A DNA stretch of 64,000 bases from Bacillota bacterium (GCA_050951805.1 JBMNJT010000005.1:13976-77975); one strand, 5' to 3'; positions 19,539-28,623 are shown, counted from the stretch's first letter. Notes: a model not told the origin generated them from the sequence alone. Translations and numbers: made by a program.

Positions 19539-21319
19539 TTTTGGGACACCTCTGCATTCGTCCTTGATGATTCTAAGAGCCTATACGCCGCCTCTTGCGG
19601 GGTCAGGCACACCTCGCCCCACAGGGCATCAGACAAGTCGGCAATCGCAGGCCTTCGCAAATACGCTTGTTCCATCAGTTGGGGCTGTGAGAAGATCTCA
19701 CGCGGAGTTCCTTCACCGATCACACGTCCATTCGCCATGACCACAACTCGCCTGGCATACAGACTGACTATGTTCATGTCGTGGGTGATTATCAGTATGG
19801 TCTTGCCCTTCTCCTTACGGAGCTTCTCCAGGTAGTCAAGTATCTGAAGAGACTCCAGCCAGTCAAGGCCAGTAGTCGGCTCATCCACGATGAGTATACG
19901 AGGTTCCATAGCCACGACAGACGCCAGGGCAAGTCTCTGCCTTTCTCCCTTGGTGAGGTAACGCGGCCATACTTGCCTGTACTTGTCGAGACCTATGTCG
20001 AGAAGAATGTCGCGCACTGCCTGCTCCATTCTGTCCTTATCCATGCCGATATTTGACGGCCCAAATCTCAGTTCATCCTCGACGGTGGTACAAAAAAGCT
20101 GCTCGTCCGGGTTCTGGAATACGTAGCCAACCATAGGACATAGCTTCGTTGTCGATTCATTCAAGATTGACTCGCCGAAAAGGCGTATGTCTCCTGATGA
20201 AGGCCTAAGCAGTCCGTTCAGATGCCTCGTTAGAGTGGTCTTCCCCGCTCCATTCTGCCCGACGATGGCCACGAATTCTCCCGAATCCACCTTCAGGTTT
20301 ACGCCATTTAACGCCTTAGCTCCCATCGGATACTTGAACTCAAGATCGATCACTTCCACTGCAGGCGACACACCATCAAATGACGTCGTCAACGCGCCAG
20401 GCTGAATTTTGTTTCCACTGCTCCCAGAGATGGACTGATCATTTGCCAGGCCAGTCTCCACACCTGCAGCCGGTTGCCAGGCTCCGCGCTCTACCACAGA
20501 GATGGCTTCTTCCACTGAAAAAGGCGCCTCGGCAGATCCTATCAAGTCTCCAAACTCGACTATGTGAGGTACCCTCACGCCAGCTGACTTGAGATCGTTA
20601 ACACTGCCGAAGACCTCCCGCGGCGTACCCCCCAAAACAAACTTGCCCGACTTCATGACGTACACCCGGTCCGCCAGCTGAAGTATGTCATCTACCTCTT
20701 GCTCTATTAGAATGATGGTCATCCCGAGCGACTTGTTGAGGTGCCGCACTATCGAGAAGACGCGAGCCTTCCCCTCCGGATCCAGCATGGATGTGGGTTC
20801 GTCGAGCACCATTATCTTGGGCAACATTGCATAGACTCCCGCAATCGCTGTCGCCTGCTTCTGCCCGCCGGAGAGACGATGCGGGGCCCTTTGCTCCAAA
20901 CCCTTGAGCCTCATATTCTCAATGGCTCTGTTTACTCGGCCCATGATCGTGTCATAATCGAACCCAAGGTTAGCCGGCCCAAACGCCACGTCTTCTTCTA
21001 CTGTCATTCCAAAAAGCTGCGTATCCGGATCGCCAAAAACCAATCCTACCTTGGACGCCATCTGCGCAGTGCCTACCTCGTTAGGCACCTGGCCGTCAAC
21101 GACGACTTCCCCGGTAAGCTCCCCCTCGAGAAACCGCGGGACTGTGCCGTTGATGACACACGCAAGAGTGCTCTTGCCCGCACCGGTAGGCCCCAGTATT
21201 GCTACGCACTCGCCCTCTTTGACATCAAGCGAAACACCTTTTATAGCTTGTCTTTTCGATCCTTTGTAGGCAAAAGTCACGTCCTTAAGCGAGACAATGG
21301 TGGGCGCCAACTGCAACAC
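19535..21319 (-). CDS. ECF transporter fused A-A' ATPase
   Basis: Two ABC domains: GPTGAGKST/LSGGQ/LDEPT and GQNGAGKTT/FQNPD/VDEPT. Confidence 0.92.
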   Translation of the reverse strand: MLQLAPTIVSLKDVTFAYKGSKRQAIKGVSLDVKEGECVAILGPTGAGKSTLACVINGTVPRFLEGELTGEVVVDGQVPNEVGTAQMASKVGLVFGDPDTQLFGMTVEEDVAFGPANLGFDYDTIMGRVNRAIENMRLKGLEQRAPHRLSGGQKQATAIAGVYAMLPKIMVLDEPTSMLDPEGKARVFSIVRHLNKSLGMTIILIEQEVDDILQLADRVYVMKSGKFVLGGTPREVFGSVNDLKSAGVRVPHIVEFGDLIGSAEAPFSVEEAISVVERGAWQPAAGVETGLANDQSISGSSGNKIQPGALTTSFDGVSPAVEVIDLEFKYPMGAKALNGVNLKVDSGEFVAIVGQNGAGKTTLTRHLNGLLRPSSGDIRLFGESILNESTTKLCPMVGYVFQNPDEQLFCTTVEDELRFGPSNIGMDKDRMEQAVRDILLDIGLDKYRQVWPRYLTKGERQRLALASVVAMEPRILIVDEPTTGLDWLESLQILDYLEKLRKEKGKTILIITHDMNIVSLYARRVVVMANGRVIGEGTPREIFSQPQLMEQAYLRRPAIADLSDALWGEVCLTPQEAAYRLLESSRTNAEVSQK

Positions 21320-21322
21320 CTC

Positions 21323-21973
21323 TTACATCTTGAAACTTTCATCCTCAGGCTCTACGAGCTCTTCAACATCGCTCTTTTCGTGCGTCTGAGCACTCTTCAG
21401 CGCCTGGGCTACGGTCAAACCAACGGCCGCATTCACGGCCGATCCGATCAGCTGAGACGGAAGAAGAGCAACCATCAGAGCTGGGCCAATCATGACTACC
21501 CATGGGCCTAGACAGGTGATCGTGTTTACCACTGTGCCGACGATTATCGCCAACACAATATTGGTTTTTTTGGCTACGAAAACTCCGATCGTGACCGTGA
21601 AAGCCATCGCACACACGTATATCGGGACCATCGGCAACCAGCTGGCAAAGCCCCCCAGGGCATTTGCTAGGAAACACCCTATGGCAGCTACAGTGGCACC
21701 TATAGGCCATCCAAAATACGAAGCTGCAAAATAGCCAGCAGCAGCATCAAGAGCAATCGTGGTAGCAGGTCCAGGTATCTTGATCATCGCTCCTGCCCCT
21801 GATACTGCGGCCAGTATTGTGACTCGAGAGATTGTGCGCGTATCCCAAACCACCTTGTGTTCCTCCGGATATTGCTTGGTCAGTATGTCTCCGGCTAGCT
21901 TCATCAGAAGCAAGTAGCAAATTGCCAATGCGTATGAGACCCCGAGACCCACAGCTCCTTGTCCAAGCGGCAT
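21323..21973 (-). CDS. ECF transporter substrate-specific S component (alternative GTG start at 21853)
   Basis: TRTISRVTILAAVS...IKIP...ALDAA...G-x-x-IGA S-component pattern, ~6 TM; GGAGG SD precedes GTG 21853 but not ATG 21973. Confidence 0.8.
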   Translation of the reverse strand: MPLGQGAVGLGVSYALAICYLLLMKLAGDILTKQYPEEHKVVWDTRTISRVTILAAVSGAGAMIKIPGPATTIALDAAAGYFAASYFGWPIGATVAAIGCFLANALGGFASWLPMVPIYVCAMAFTVTIGVFVAKKTNIVLAIIVGTVVNTITCLGPWVVMIGPALMVALLPSQLIGSAVNAAVGLTVAQALKSAQTHEKSDVEELVEPEDESFKM

Positions 21974-21989
21974 TTTTTCGGGAGCGGGT

Positions 21990-22224
21990 GTCTAACTTTT
22001 AGACTGGCCCCGTCTAGATTTTAGCCACTTGAAGCTCTAAGGCAATCTTGGGCAGGGATGATCCAGCATGCCTTGCCATAAGGACCCAGTTTCCGGAGAT
22101 AAATTACTATGCGGAAGTGCATACACCCATATATTGGATTGGAGCGCAGACAGGTGTCTGAGTTTTAGACCGCTACCGTCTATTCTTTGAACGCTTTGCG
22201 ATCGCAAATGGCTAGAATTTAGAC
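21990..22224. repeat. Cluster of five 15-bp palindromic sites (GTCTAA-N3-TTAGAC type)
   Basis: GTCTAACTTTTAGAC 21990, GTCTAGATTTTAGCC 22012, GTCTGAGTTTTAGAC 22156, GTCTATTCTTTGAAC 22178, GGCTAGAATTTAGAC 22210; plus TTTGCGATCGCAAA 22195-22208. Confidence 0.75.
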
Positions 22225-22227
22225 AAA

Positions 22228-22348
22228 CCTGCTCGCCCGCACGGCACTTCCCTGGGCTTCTACCGAAGGCTAAACAGACCCCGGCTAAGTCTGTCTACCT
22301 AACTACGAGGCCGTCCTAACCGGGTTGTCTTCCCGCTCATCGGGCAGG
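22228..22348 (-). ncRNA. Candidate structured RNA/DNA element, unassigned
   Basis: Nested stems CCTGC/GCAGG, ACGGC/GCCGT, TAGACAGAC/GTCTGTTTA, CGGG/CCCG, CTTC/GAAG; no family recognised. Confidence 0.3.
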
Positions 22349-22379
22349 CAGCTCAACAGACATATTGGGCAAACACGCA

Positions 22380-22411
22380 AACATCCCCGGAGCCGCTGCC
22401 CCGGGGATGTT
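22380..22411 (-). terminator. Hairpin ending the MMPL-TetR operon
   Basis: AACATCCCCGG / CCGGGGATGTT, 11-bp stem 60 bp after the TetR stop. Confidence 0.65.
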
Positions 22412-22471
22412 CTATCAACATCTTTCCGTTGTTCAACTACAGCCAATTGCGCTGTCTACAACCCGTGTATG

Positions 22472-23062
22472 CTACGCAACGACAATGCCACGCAGCGTTA
22501 TGCCCTTCACTCCATGGAGAACACGTTCTGCCCACATCTCGTCTCCGATTCCTGTGGCCCATCCCAAGGCCGCTGTGGCAAGAGATGACACAATCGATTG
22601 TGTTATAGCATCAGTGTCTACGTTGTCGATACGGCCCATAGATTTACCCCTTGCTACTACGTCTTCTATGATGTCGACGAACCTGTGCCAATAAACGACC
22701 ACGTCACTTGCCCACTCTCGCCCCGGGGCCAATGCTTCCTTAAACAGCAGGTACATGAAGTCGTCGAAAGTCTGAGCATAGTCTATCAGCGCGTCAAATA
22801 TGGCGCTGAGCTGCTCCACAGGATCAGTGCTGCGCAAGGTTGCTCCCTCAACGTCCTCTATTAAGGCATCGAGTCCGTTTTCGATGATAGCGGAAAACAG
22901 ATTGCTCTTGCTCTTGAAATGGTAGTAGACAGTGCCCTTAGCCACCCCTGCCTCCAAGGCTATCTGATCCATGGATGCAGCATCATATCCCTTTTCGGCG
23001 AATACACGCACTGCCGTGCGGCATATGATGCCCCGTGTTCCCATTCCGTAGCATTGTGTCAC
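22472..23062 (-). CDS. TetR/AcrR family transcriptional regulator
   Basis: FAEKGYDAASMDQIALEAGVAKGTVYYHFKSK HTH. Confidence 0.93.
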   Translation of the reverse strand: MTQCYGMGTRGIICRTAVRVFAEKGYDAASMDQIALEAGVAKGTVYYHFKSKSNLFSAIIENGLDALIEDVEGATLRSTDPVEQLSAIFDALIDYAQTFDDFMYLLFKEALAPGREWASDVVVYWHRFVDIIEDVVARGKSMGRIDNVDTDAITQSIVSSLATAALGWATGIGDEMWAERVLHGVKGITLRGIVVA

Positions 23063-23068
23063 AACAAC

Positions 23069-25105
23069 CTACCCCTTGTTCGAGGGGGCCTTCACCTTCA
23101 TCAGAAAGCGAACCTCGCCGGCGGCACCTGCGGGCTTCCCTTCGAACGTGTCATATTGATCGAGGCGCACTTTCATAGCATCCAATTGAGCCTTAGCCTT
23201 CAGCGCCTCAGCGAGCCCTTCGTTTATGCCCTTCTTCATCTCCGACGTGCCCTCATTTCGTATCCTGCCCAACCCGGAAGCAAGCTCCTTGGTGCCAGCA
23301 GTCAGCTCAACGGTTCCGTTGCTCAACTTGCTGATGCCATCGACGAGAGCCTCGAGACCGGATACTGCAGTATCGAGCCCGGGCACATTCTGACCGTCGA
23401 CTGTACCGCCCACAGCAAGAAGGCTCAACCCAGTCTTGAGATCATGCGCTCCTTCATCGAGTTTGCGCAAGTTATCGCATATCTCATCTATGCTAGGCAC
23501 CTCGTGGCCTTGCACTGTGCCTCCATATAGGAGGGCATTGAGAACCTCTACGGCCCCCATGGCCTGGTTGAGGTAATCATCCACGGAATCCAGCGACACC
23601 TTTGATAGCTGGCTCGATGCCAGCGAAATCGCGATCTTAGCCTTGCTTCCCACGGAGGCCACACTCTTTGCGTCCTCCGCAAGCTCATCGATGCTCGGCA
23701 CCTGTGAGAATCCAACCCTGCCTCCCGATTTGGCGGTCTCAAGAAGGGCGTCCTGCTTCTTGATGGAAGACTCCAGTTTCTTGTACTGCAGCGATTTCGT
23801 TATCTCCGGATTCGACTTGGCAAGCGCCTCAAGCGCAGCCATAGACTCCGAACTAGCCGACTTTGCCTGGGTTATCGTCTGCGAGCAACTGGACAACCCC
23901 TTGGATACCCTTTGCGCCTTGTCATTGAGTTCGGTCGCCTGTTCCAAAAGCTTAGGCGCCAATTCCGCCGCTGTGCCAAGTTGATCCATTGGCAGCGACG
24001 ACATCGCCTCGGATATCGTATCGGAAAGTTTGACCAGGATCGGCTTGGCTGACTCGACCAATTCTATCAGCTGTTTGGGTTTTTCGAGCATCTCCGGGGT
24101 AATAGCGTCATTCATCGTCTTTGCGATCGTCCAGTGGGCATCTGCCAGCTTGCTGAGGTCAGACACCCCATTTCCGATTGCAATCATGCCGTCCGCTACC
24201 TGAGCCTGCCCGTCAGCAAGCTTCAGCGTGCCCGACTGAGCCTGTTCAATGGCGGAATCGAGCTGATCAACTCCGGACGCCAACATCCCAAGCGCGTCGA
24301 TCGCCGTATCCAGCAACTCTTCGAGCTGAGGAATTGGAGGCATCGAAGGTATGACGGTGACATCAATATCGTTCAGCTGGATATTCTCGCCTTCCAGAAC
24401 CAACGTGCACGAGGCATCCGGGTTGGGCATCAACGTCCAGTTGATCTTGAGGCTCTTGCCAGCCAGAACCGTAGTGGCGTCAGGCGCCTGTATAAGCGTG
24501 TAGTCTGGAAGAGGCACATCCGTCGATACCTGCACTATCATTGGAACGCAAACATCTTCGGCAAATGTAGTATTCTTGCCATCAACCGTATAGCTCAGAT
24601 TCTCTTTCCTCGCTGTCCTGTTCACGAGATCTACAATCACTTCCAGCCTGCCGGAACTGCCCGGAACAGCAGAAGCCGGAACGACCTTGCCGTTAAGCTT
24701 GTAGGTAACCTTTACCCCGATCGGAAGCTGTTTTTTCGAAGTTCCGGAGTAGTTTATGTCCGTTATCCGAGTGGGGTCGGCATTCCACCTGAGCCCGCCG
24801 GAAACAACGTCCGGAACCTCGGCATTCCTGAGGTTTACAGGATTCTCAATATTCCCAGGGTCAAAAACAGATACCGGGCCACCCTGCGGAACTCTGATCC
24901 AGTCCACTACGGTAGTGGACTCGGGCATGCCATCAGACGCCAGGACGCAAAAGACCGTCTCATACTCCTGTATTCTTCCATAAGTCCCTGAAGTGCCCGA
25001 AGTCTCCGAGACTCCTCCCGGCGACTGTGCCATGCCCACACTGCAGAGCATGAGGATCGCACAGGCGCCTATTACAGCCGTGATCTTGGCAGTCCTATTC
25101 TTCAA
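23069..25105 (-). CDS. Exported coiled-coil protein with X-X-X-L-X-X-G heptads (YhgE/Pip-like MMPL partner)
   Basis: Signal peptide, ETVF...DW...YSG...LPI-x-V-x-VTYKLNG N-domain, LASG/LADG/LSNG/LTAG heptads, C-terminal F-x-G...VRF. Confidence 0.75.
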   Translation of the reverse strand: MKNRTAKITAVIGACAILMLCSVGMAQSPGGVSETSGTSGTYGRIQEYETVFCVLASDGMPESTTVVDWIRVPQGGPVSVFDPGNIENPVNLRNAEVPDVVSGGLRWNADPTRITDINYSGTSKKQLPIGVKVTYKLNGKVVPASAVPGSSGRLEVIVDLVNRTARKENLSYTVDGKNTTFAEDVCVPMIVQVSTDVPLPDYTLIQAPDATTVLAGKSLKINWTLMPNPDASCTLVLEGENIQLNDIDVTVIPSMPPIPQLEELLDTAIDALGMLASGVDQLDSAIEQAQSGTLKLADGQAQVADGMIAIGNGVSDLSKLADAHWTIAKTMNDAITPEMLEKPKQLIELVESAKPILVKLSDTISEAMSSLPMDQLGTAAELAPKLLEQATELNDKAQRVSKGLSSCSQTITQAKSASSESMAALEALAKSNPEITKSLQYKKLESSIKKQDALLETAKSGGRVGFSQVPSIDELAEDAKSVASVGSKAKIAISLASSQLSKVSLDSVDDYLNQAMGAVEVLNALLYGGTVQGHEVPSIDEICDNLRKLDEGAHDLKTGLSLLAVGGTVDGQNVPGLDTAVSGLEALVDGISKLSNGTVELTAGTKELASGLGRIRNEGTSEMKKGINEGLAEALKAKAQLDAMKVRLDQYDTFEGKPAGAAGEVRFLMKVKAPSNKG

Positions 25106-25127
25106 CGTAAGTCACCTCGTAAAATGA

Positions 25128-27260
25128 TCATTTGTCGTCGGACGCCGCAACAGCCGACGTCCCCGCCTGTCTCACAGAGTCATGCTTGGGCCATCCGATA
25201 GAGGTCTTCTCAAGGATCGGATTGCACACAACCAGCGTGGCAGGGAGCATGAAAGATGTAACCGCCACGCTCACCAAAGCACCCCTCGCCAGCAAGAGAG
25301 CAAGGTCCTTGATGGCCCTCAGATTGGTGGATGCGTAGACTCCGATTATGGCGCAGAACATTGCCAGGCCGCTGTTGAGAACCGCAGGCCCGCATTCTGC
25401 CACTGTCGACCGCATCGCATCAGGCGGCGCATTCTTGTTCAGCTTTCCCTTAAATGTATTGGTAACCAAGATCGCATAGTCCACAGTAGCGCCGAGCTGT
25501 ATCGCCTCAATCGCCATCCTGGAGAAGAAGAAGACCGGCGCTCCGGTGAAATACGATATTGCCTGGTTAACCCAGATTGCCACCTTAATAGCGAGTATCA
25601 ATAGAATTGGCACCGTCCATGACTTGAAGGCTATCGCCACTATGGCAAAGATGCCCGCCATTGAAACCCAGTTAACCAAATCAAGGTCCTTGGAGCTGAG
25701 ATCTTCAAGATCCTTGCCTATCACTGAAGTCCCGGTAAAATAGACCTCTCCAGGCAAATCCTTGATAAGCTCCCTCGTTTGCGTTATGAACTCCGGCGTT
25801 CTAGGATCGAGAATTGAGCCTTCGAGAGTGATCACGGTGTTTTCATACTCGCCGCCCACGTACTGCTTGGATACCCCTTCAGGCACGAACTCCACGGGAA
25901 TCCCGGGGTCGACCACGTCTCCAAGACACGAAGCGTCTTTCACCCCGTCCATCTCTCGGATTTGGCGCGTGAGTTCTTGCAGCCTCCACTGAGGCACGCC
26001 ACGAGTTATTATGTATGCCTCCTCCACACTGCCAAGGTCGTCTTTGAACTCCTGGAGGGCCGCAATGGAAGGCAGATCCATCGGGAACGTGCTCTCTATA
26101 TCGTAGCTCGGCTCAATCTTGTTGTATCCGTACAACCCAACCAACGCCAAAACTACGGTGAGGGCAAATACCGGAACCCTCTGCTCAGTGAGCCAGTCTC
26201 CCAACCCTTTGTAGCTTGGAAGAATGACCGGATGATTCCACTTTCCCAAGATTGGATTGAGGGTCAACACCAAGCTTGGAAGGATGGTCAGACAGCATAT
26301 AACCGACAACAGCACGCCGCGTGCCATTAGTATCCCCATATCTGCTCCGAGGGTAATACGCATCAGCGCCAAAGATCCAAAGCCCACAGCAGTCGTGGTT
26401 GCGCTTGACAATACCGCGTTGGCAGTATAGGTTATCGCCCGCACCATGGCTTCTTCAGAGTCATGCTTCTCGCACTCGGTTTGGAATGTGTGAAGTAGAA
26501 AAATACAATAGTCCATGGTAACACCGAGTTGCATAGCCGAAGCCACCGCATTGGTCACATACGACACGTCACGCCCTAGCAGGTAGTTGATCCCCATGTT
26601 GTAAGCATAGGCCACGCCTATGGTTCCCATGAAGACCAGCGGCATCAAGGGCGACGGCAGGGTCAAGAACAAGAGGATCAATATGAGCAGGACCGCAGTC
26701 CGGACCATGACAGGCGTCTGTTCAACCCCCAAGTCCTTTAGCTCCAGACCGCTGACGAGCGCACCTATAACCCATTGCTCCTTGTCAAGCAGGTTCTTGA
26801 TGTCATTGACCGCACGTTCAGTTCGGGGCGAAACCGCATCCTCCTCGAAATTGACAATCAGGAGTGTGATCTGGCCCCTGTAGAACTTAGAGACGATATC
26901 CTCGCCCAAATAATCATGGGGTATCGTCGGATCGACTAGGTCAGAAAGCCAGAAGACCGAGGAAACTCCGTCAACATGCTCGAGTTTCTCCTTCACCTTC
27001 AGCACTGCCCAATCAGGCTGATTCCGACAGACTACGAAAGCTCGCTCCGCATACTTGAATTCCTCATCGAGGACGTTCATCCCCTCAACGGAATTGAGGT
27101 CTTTAGGAAGATACGTGAGCAAGTCGTACTGTACCTTCCTGTGCTGCATCCCGTAGACCGACGGAACCAACAGCACGGCAGCGATGATCAGTATCGCCAC
27201 TCTGTTTTTTACGACAAATTCAGCTAAGCCTTTCACTGATGAGTCCCTACTTCCATACAA
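25128..27260 (-). CDS. MMPL/RND family transporter
   Basis: YDLLTYLP, MQLGVTMDYCIFL and IQLGATVDYAIL duplicated TM4/TM10 motifs; real start may be GTG 27236. Confidence 0.9.
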   Translation of the reverse strand: MYGSRDSSVKGLAEFVVKNRVAILIIAAVLLVPSVYGMQHRKVQYDLLTYLPKDLNSVEGMNVLDEEFKYAERAFVVCRNQPDWAVLKVKEKLEHVDGVSSVFWLSDLVDPTIPHDYLGEDIVSKFYRGQITLLIVNFEEDAVSPRTERAVNDIKNLLDKEQWVIGALVSGLELKDLGVEQTPVMVRTAVLLILILLFLTLPSPLMPLVFMGTIGVAYAYNMGINYLLGRDVSYVTNAVASAMQLGVTMDYCIFLLHTFQTECEKHDSEEAMVRAITYTANAVLSSATTTAVGFGSLALMRITLGADMGILMARGVLLSVICCLTILPSLVLTLNPILGKWNHPVILPSYKGLGDWLTEQRVPVFALTVVLALVGLYGYNKIEPSYDIESTFPMDLPSIAALQEFKDDLGSVEEAYIITRGVPQWRLQELTRQIREMDGVKDASCLGDVVDPGIPVEFVPEGVSKQYVGGEYENTVITLEGSILDPRTPEFITQTRELIKDLPGEVYFTGTSVIGKDLEDLSSKDLDLVNWVSMAGIFAIVAIAFKSWTVPILLILAIKVAIWVNQAISYFTGAPVFFFSRMAIEAIQLGATVDYAILVTNTFKGKLNKNAPPDAMRSTVAECGPAVLNSGLAMFCAIIGVYASTNLRAIKDLALLLARGALVSVAVTSFMLPATLVVCNPILEKTSIGWPKHDSVRQAGTSAVAASDDK

Positions 27261-27270
27261 CGCCTTTTTA

Positions 27271-27322
27271 TACTGACCGGTCAGTACAACGATATCCTAG
27301 TCGCTTATGGCATTAATGTCAA
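27271..27322 (-). promoter_or_regulatory. sigmaA promoter with TetR-type operator at the transcription start
   Basis: TTGACA(27322-27317)-17 bp-TAGGAT(27299-27294); perfect palindrome TACTGACCGGTCAGTA 27271-27286. Confidence 0.8.
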
Positions 27323-27892
27323 GGGGCAATCTATAATATTCTGAATTTACAAATACGCATAATGCAGGGATTTTGTGCACGAAACCTTGCACACGGGTGG
27401 GAGATTACGGTAATTGAGGAGCCTCCCGGTGATGGTCGGGGGCTTCGTAGCCGAGGGCAAGATTCCCCAAGGCAACCAAACCATAGAGAATCACAAAACA
27501 CAACATATCACCGATAACCTAATCTACAGCATTGAGGAAGAATTCAAGCGCCAAGCCAACTTGAGTTCTGGAAGGAAATAGTTATATGAAAGGAACCAAC
27601 CCAGAGAATACGCAAGTTTTTCGTATACGCGTACAACACACCAAGCAAAGCAAGAGCGTGTGGACGCCAGCAGGTCGTACTCGCAGATGTGATGATTGCA
27701 CTTTGAGTCAGCGTCGCCCTAGGCTAACCATTATCTCGTGTGCACAAACCGTATCCACGGCAATGAAAAACCCAATACCGAACATTCGCGTTGCAGAACA
27801 CCCCCAACCACAAAGCCATTTCATCACGAATCCACCACATCACCAGGCTGCTCAACGCCCCGAGCCGGCCATTTGCCAGCAAAGGGCAGAGA

Positions 27893-28516
27893 TCACAGAC
27901 TCGCCGCCACCGCGTCGACTGCCGCCTCCAATGCACTCACAATGCATTCCTCCGACATGCTCGGAGTCTCCGTCTTTCCAACTGCCTGTTCAGGGAGGTA
28001 TGGAACGTGCATAAAACCCACCTTGATCGGCAGATTGTTCGCTGCAACGAAATGGCACGTTGAATAAAAGACGTGGTTGCACACGAAAGTTCCGGCGCTG
28101 TATGAGAGAAACGCCGGAATCCCTTTGGCCCGTACAGCCTCTACAACTCCTCGCACGGGAATAGTGGCCCAGTAAGCAACTGGCCCCTCCGGCTCAATAA
28201 GTCTGTCACTAGGCTGATTTCCTGAATTGTCTGGAATCCTGGCATCATCAAGGTTAAGGGCCACCCTCTCAACGCGTATCCCGGTCGAGCCGCCCGCCTG
28301 GCCTACGCTTATAACCGCCTGGGGCGAAAGCTCGCATATTGCATCCTGCACTGCCCTGGCTGAAGCCCCATACACCGTAGGTATTTCCTTTGTTATCACC
28401 TTAACGCCGCCTTGCTTCCACACTCCAGACGCCCCAAGATGTTGAACCGCCCTGGAGGCGGGATTCACCTCCTCGCCTCCAAAAGCGTCAAACCCTGTTA
28501 TAAGAATCCTGGCCAT
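27893..28516 (-). CDS. pcp: Pyroglutamyl-peptidase I (C15)
   Basis: ILITGFDAFGGEEVNPA, ERVALNLDDARIPDN, SAGTFVCNH, GFMHVP. Confidence 0.95.
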   Translation of the reverse strand: MARILITGFDAFGGEEVNPASRAVQHLGASGVWKQGGVKVITKEIPTVYGASARAVQDAICELSPQAVISVGQAGGSTGIRVERVALNLDDARIPDNSGNQPSDRLIEPEGPVAYWATIPVRGVVEAVRAKGIPAFLSYSAGTFVCNHVFYSTCHFVAANNLPIKVGFMHVPYLPEQAVGKTETPSMSEECIVSALEAAVDAVAASL

Positions 28517-28623
28517 AGCTAAGCCCCCTCAAAGGCGTCCATTATAGCCGGTGCAGACTCCCTTTTAGCCTCAATGAACCACGCCGCCACGGGAGGCCAC
28601 CCGAACACTGCCCCGGCATGCAC

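Noticed and set aside
21990-22224. Palindrome cluster as a CRISPR array or integron attC
   Set aside because: Units are 15 bp, degenerate and irregularly spaced (7-bp and >100-bp gaps); no cas or integrase gene; GTCTAAC has no properly placed GTTRRRY partner with attC geometry
22310-22348. Hammerhead-like CCGATGAG + stem on the minus strand
   Set aside because: Core is CCGAUGA rather than CUGAUGA, and the required GAAA after stem II is absent (GTTA)
27340-27890. Small ORFs and a hairpin (27418-27446) between MMPL and pcp
   Set aside because: No recognisable product; the hairpin could be a terminator but lacks a clear U-tract or assigned transcript
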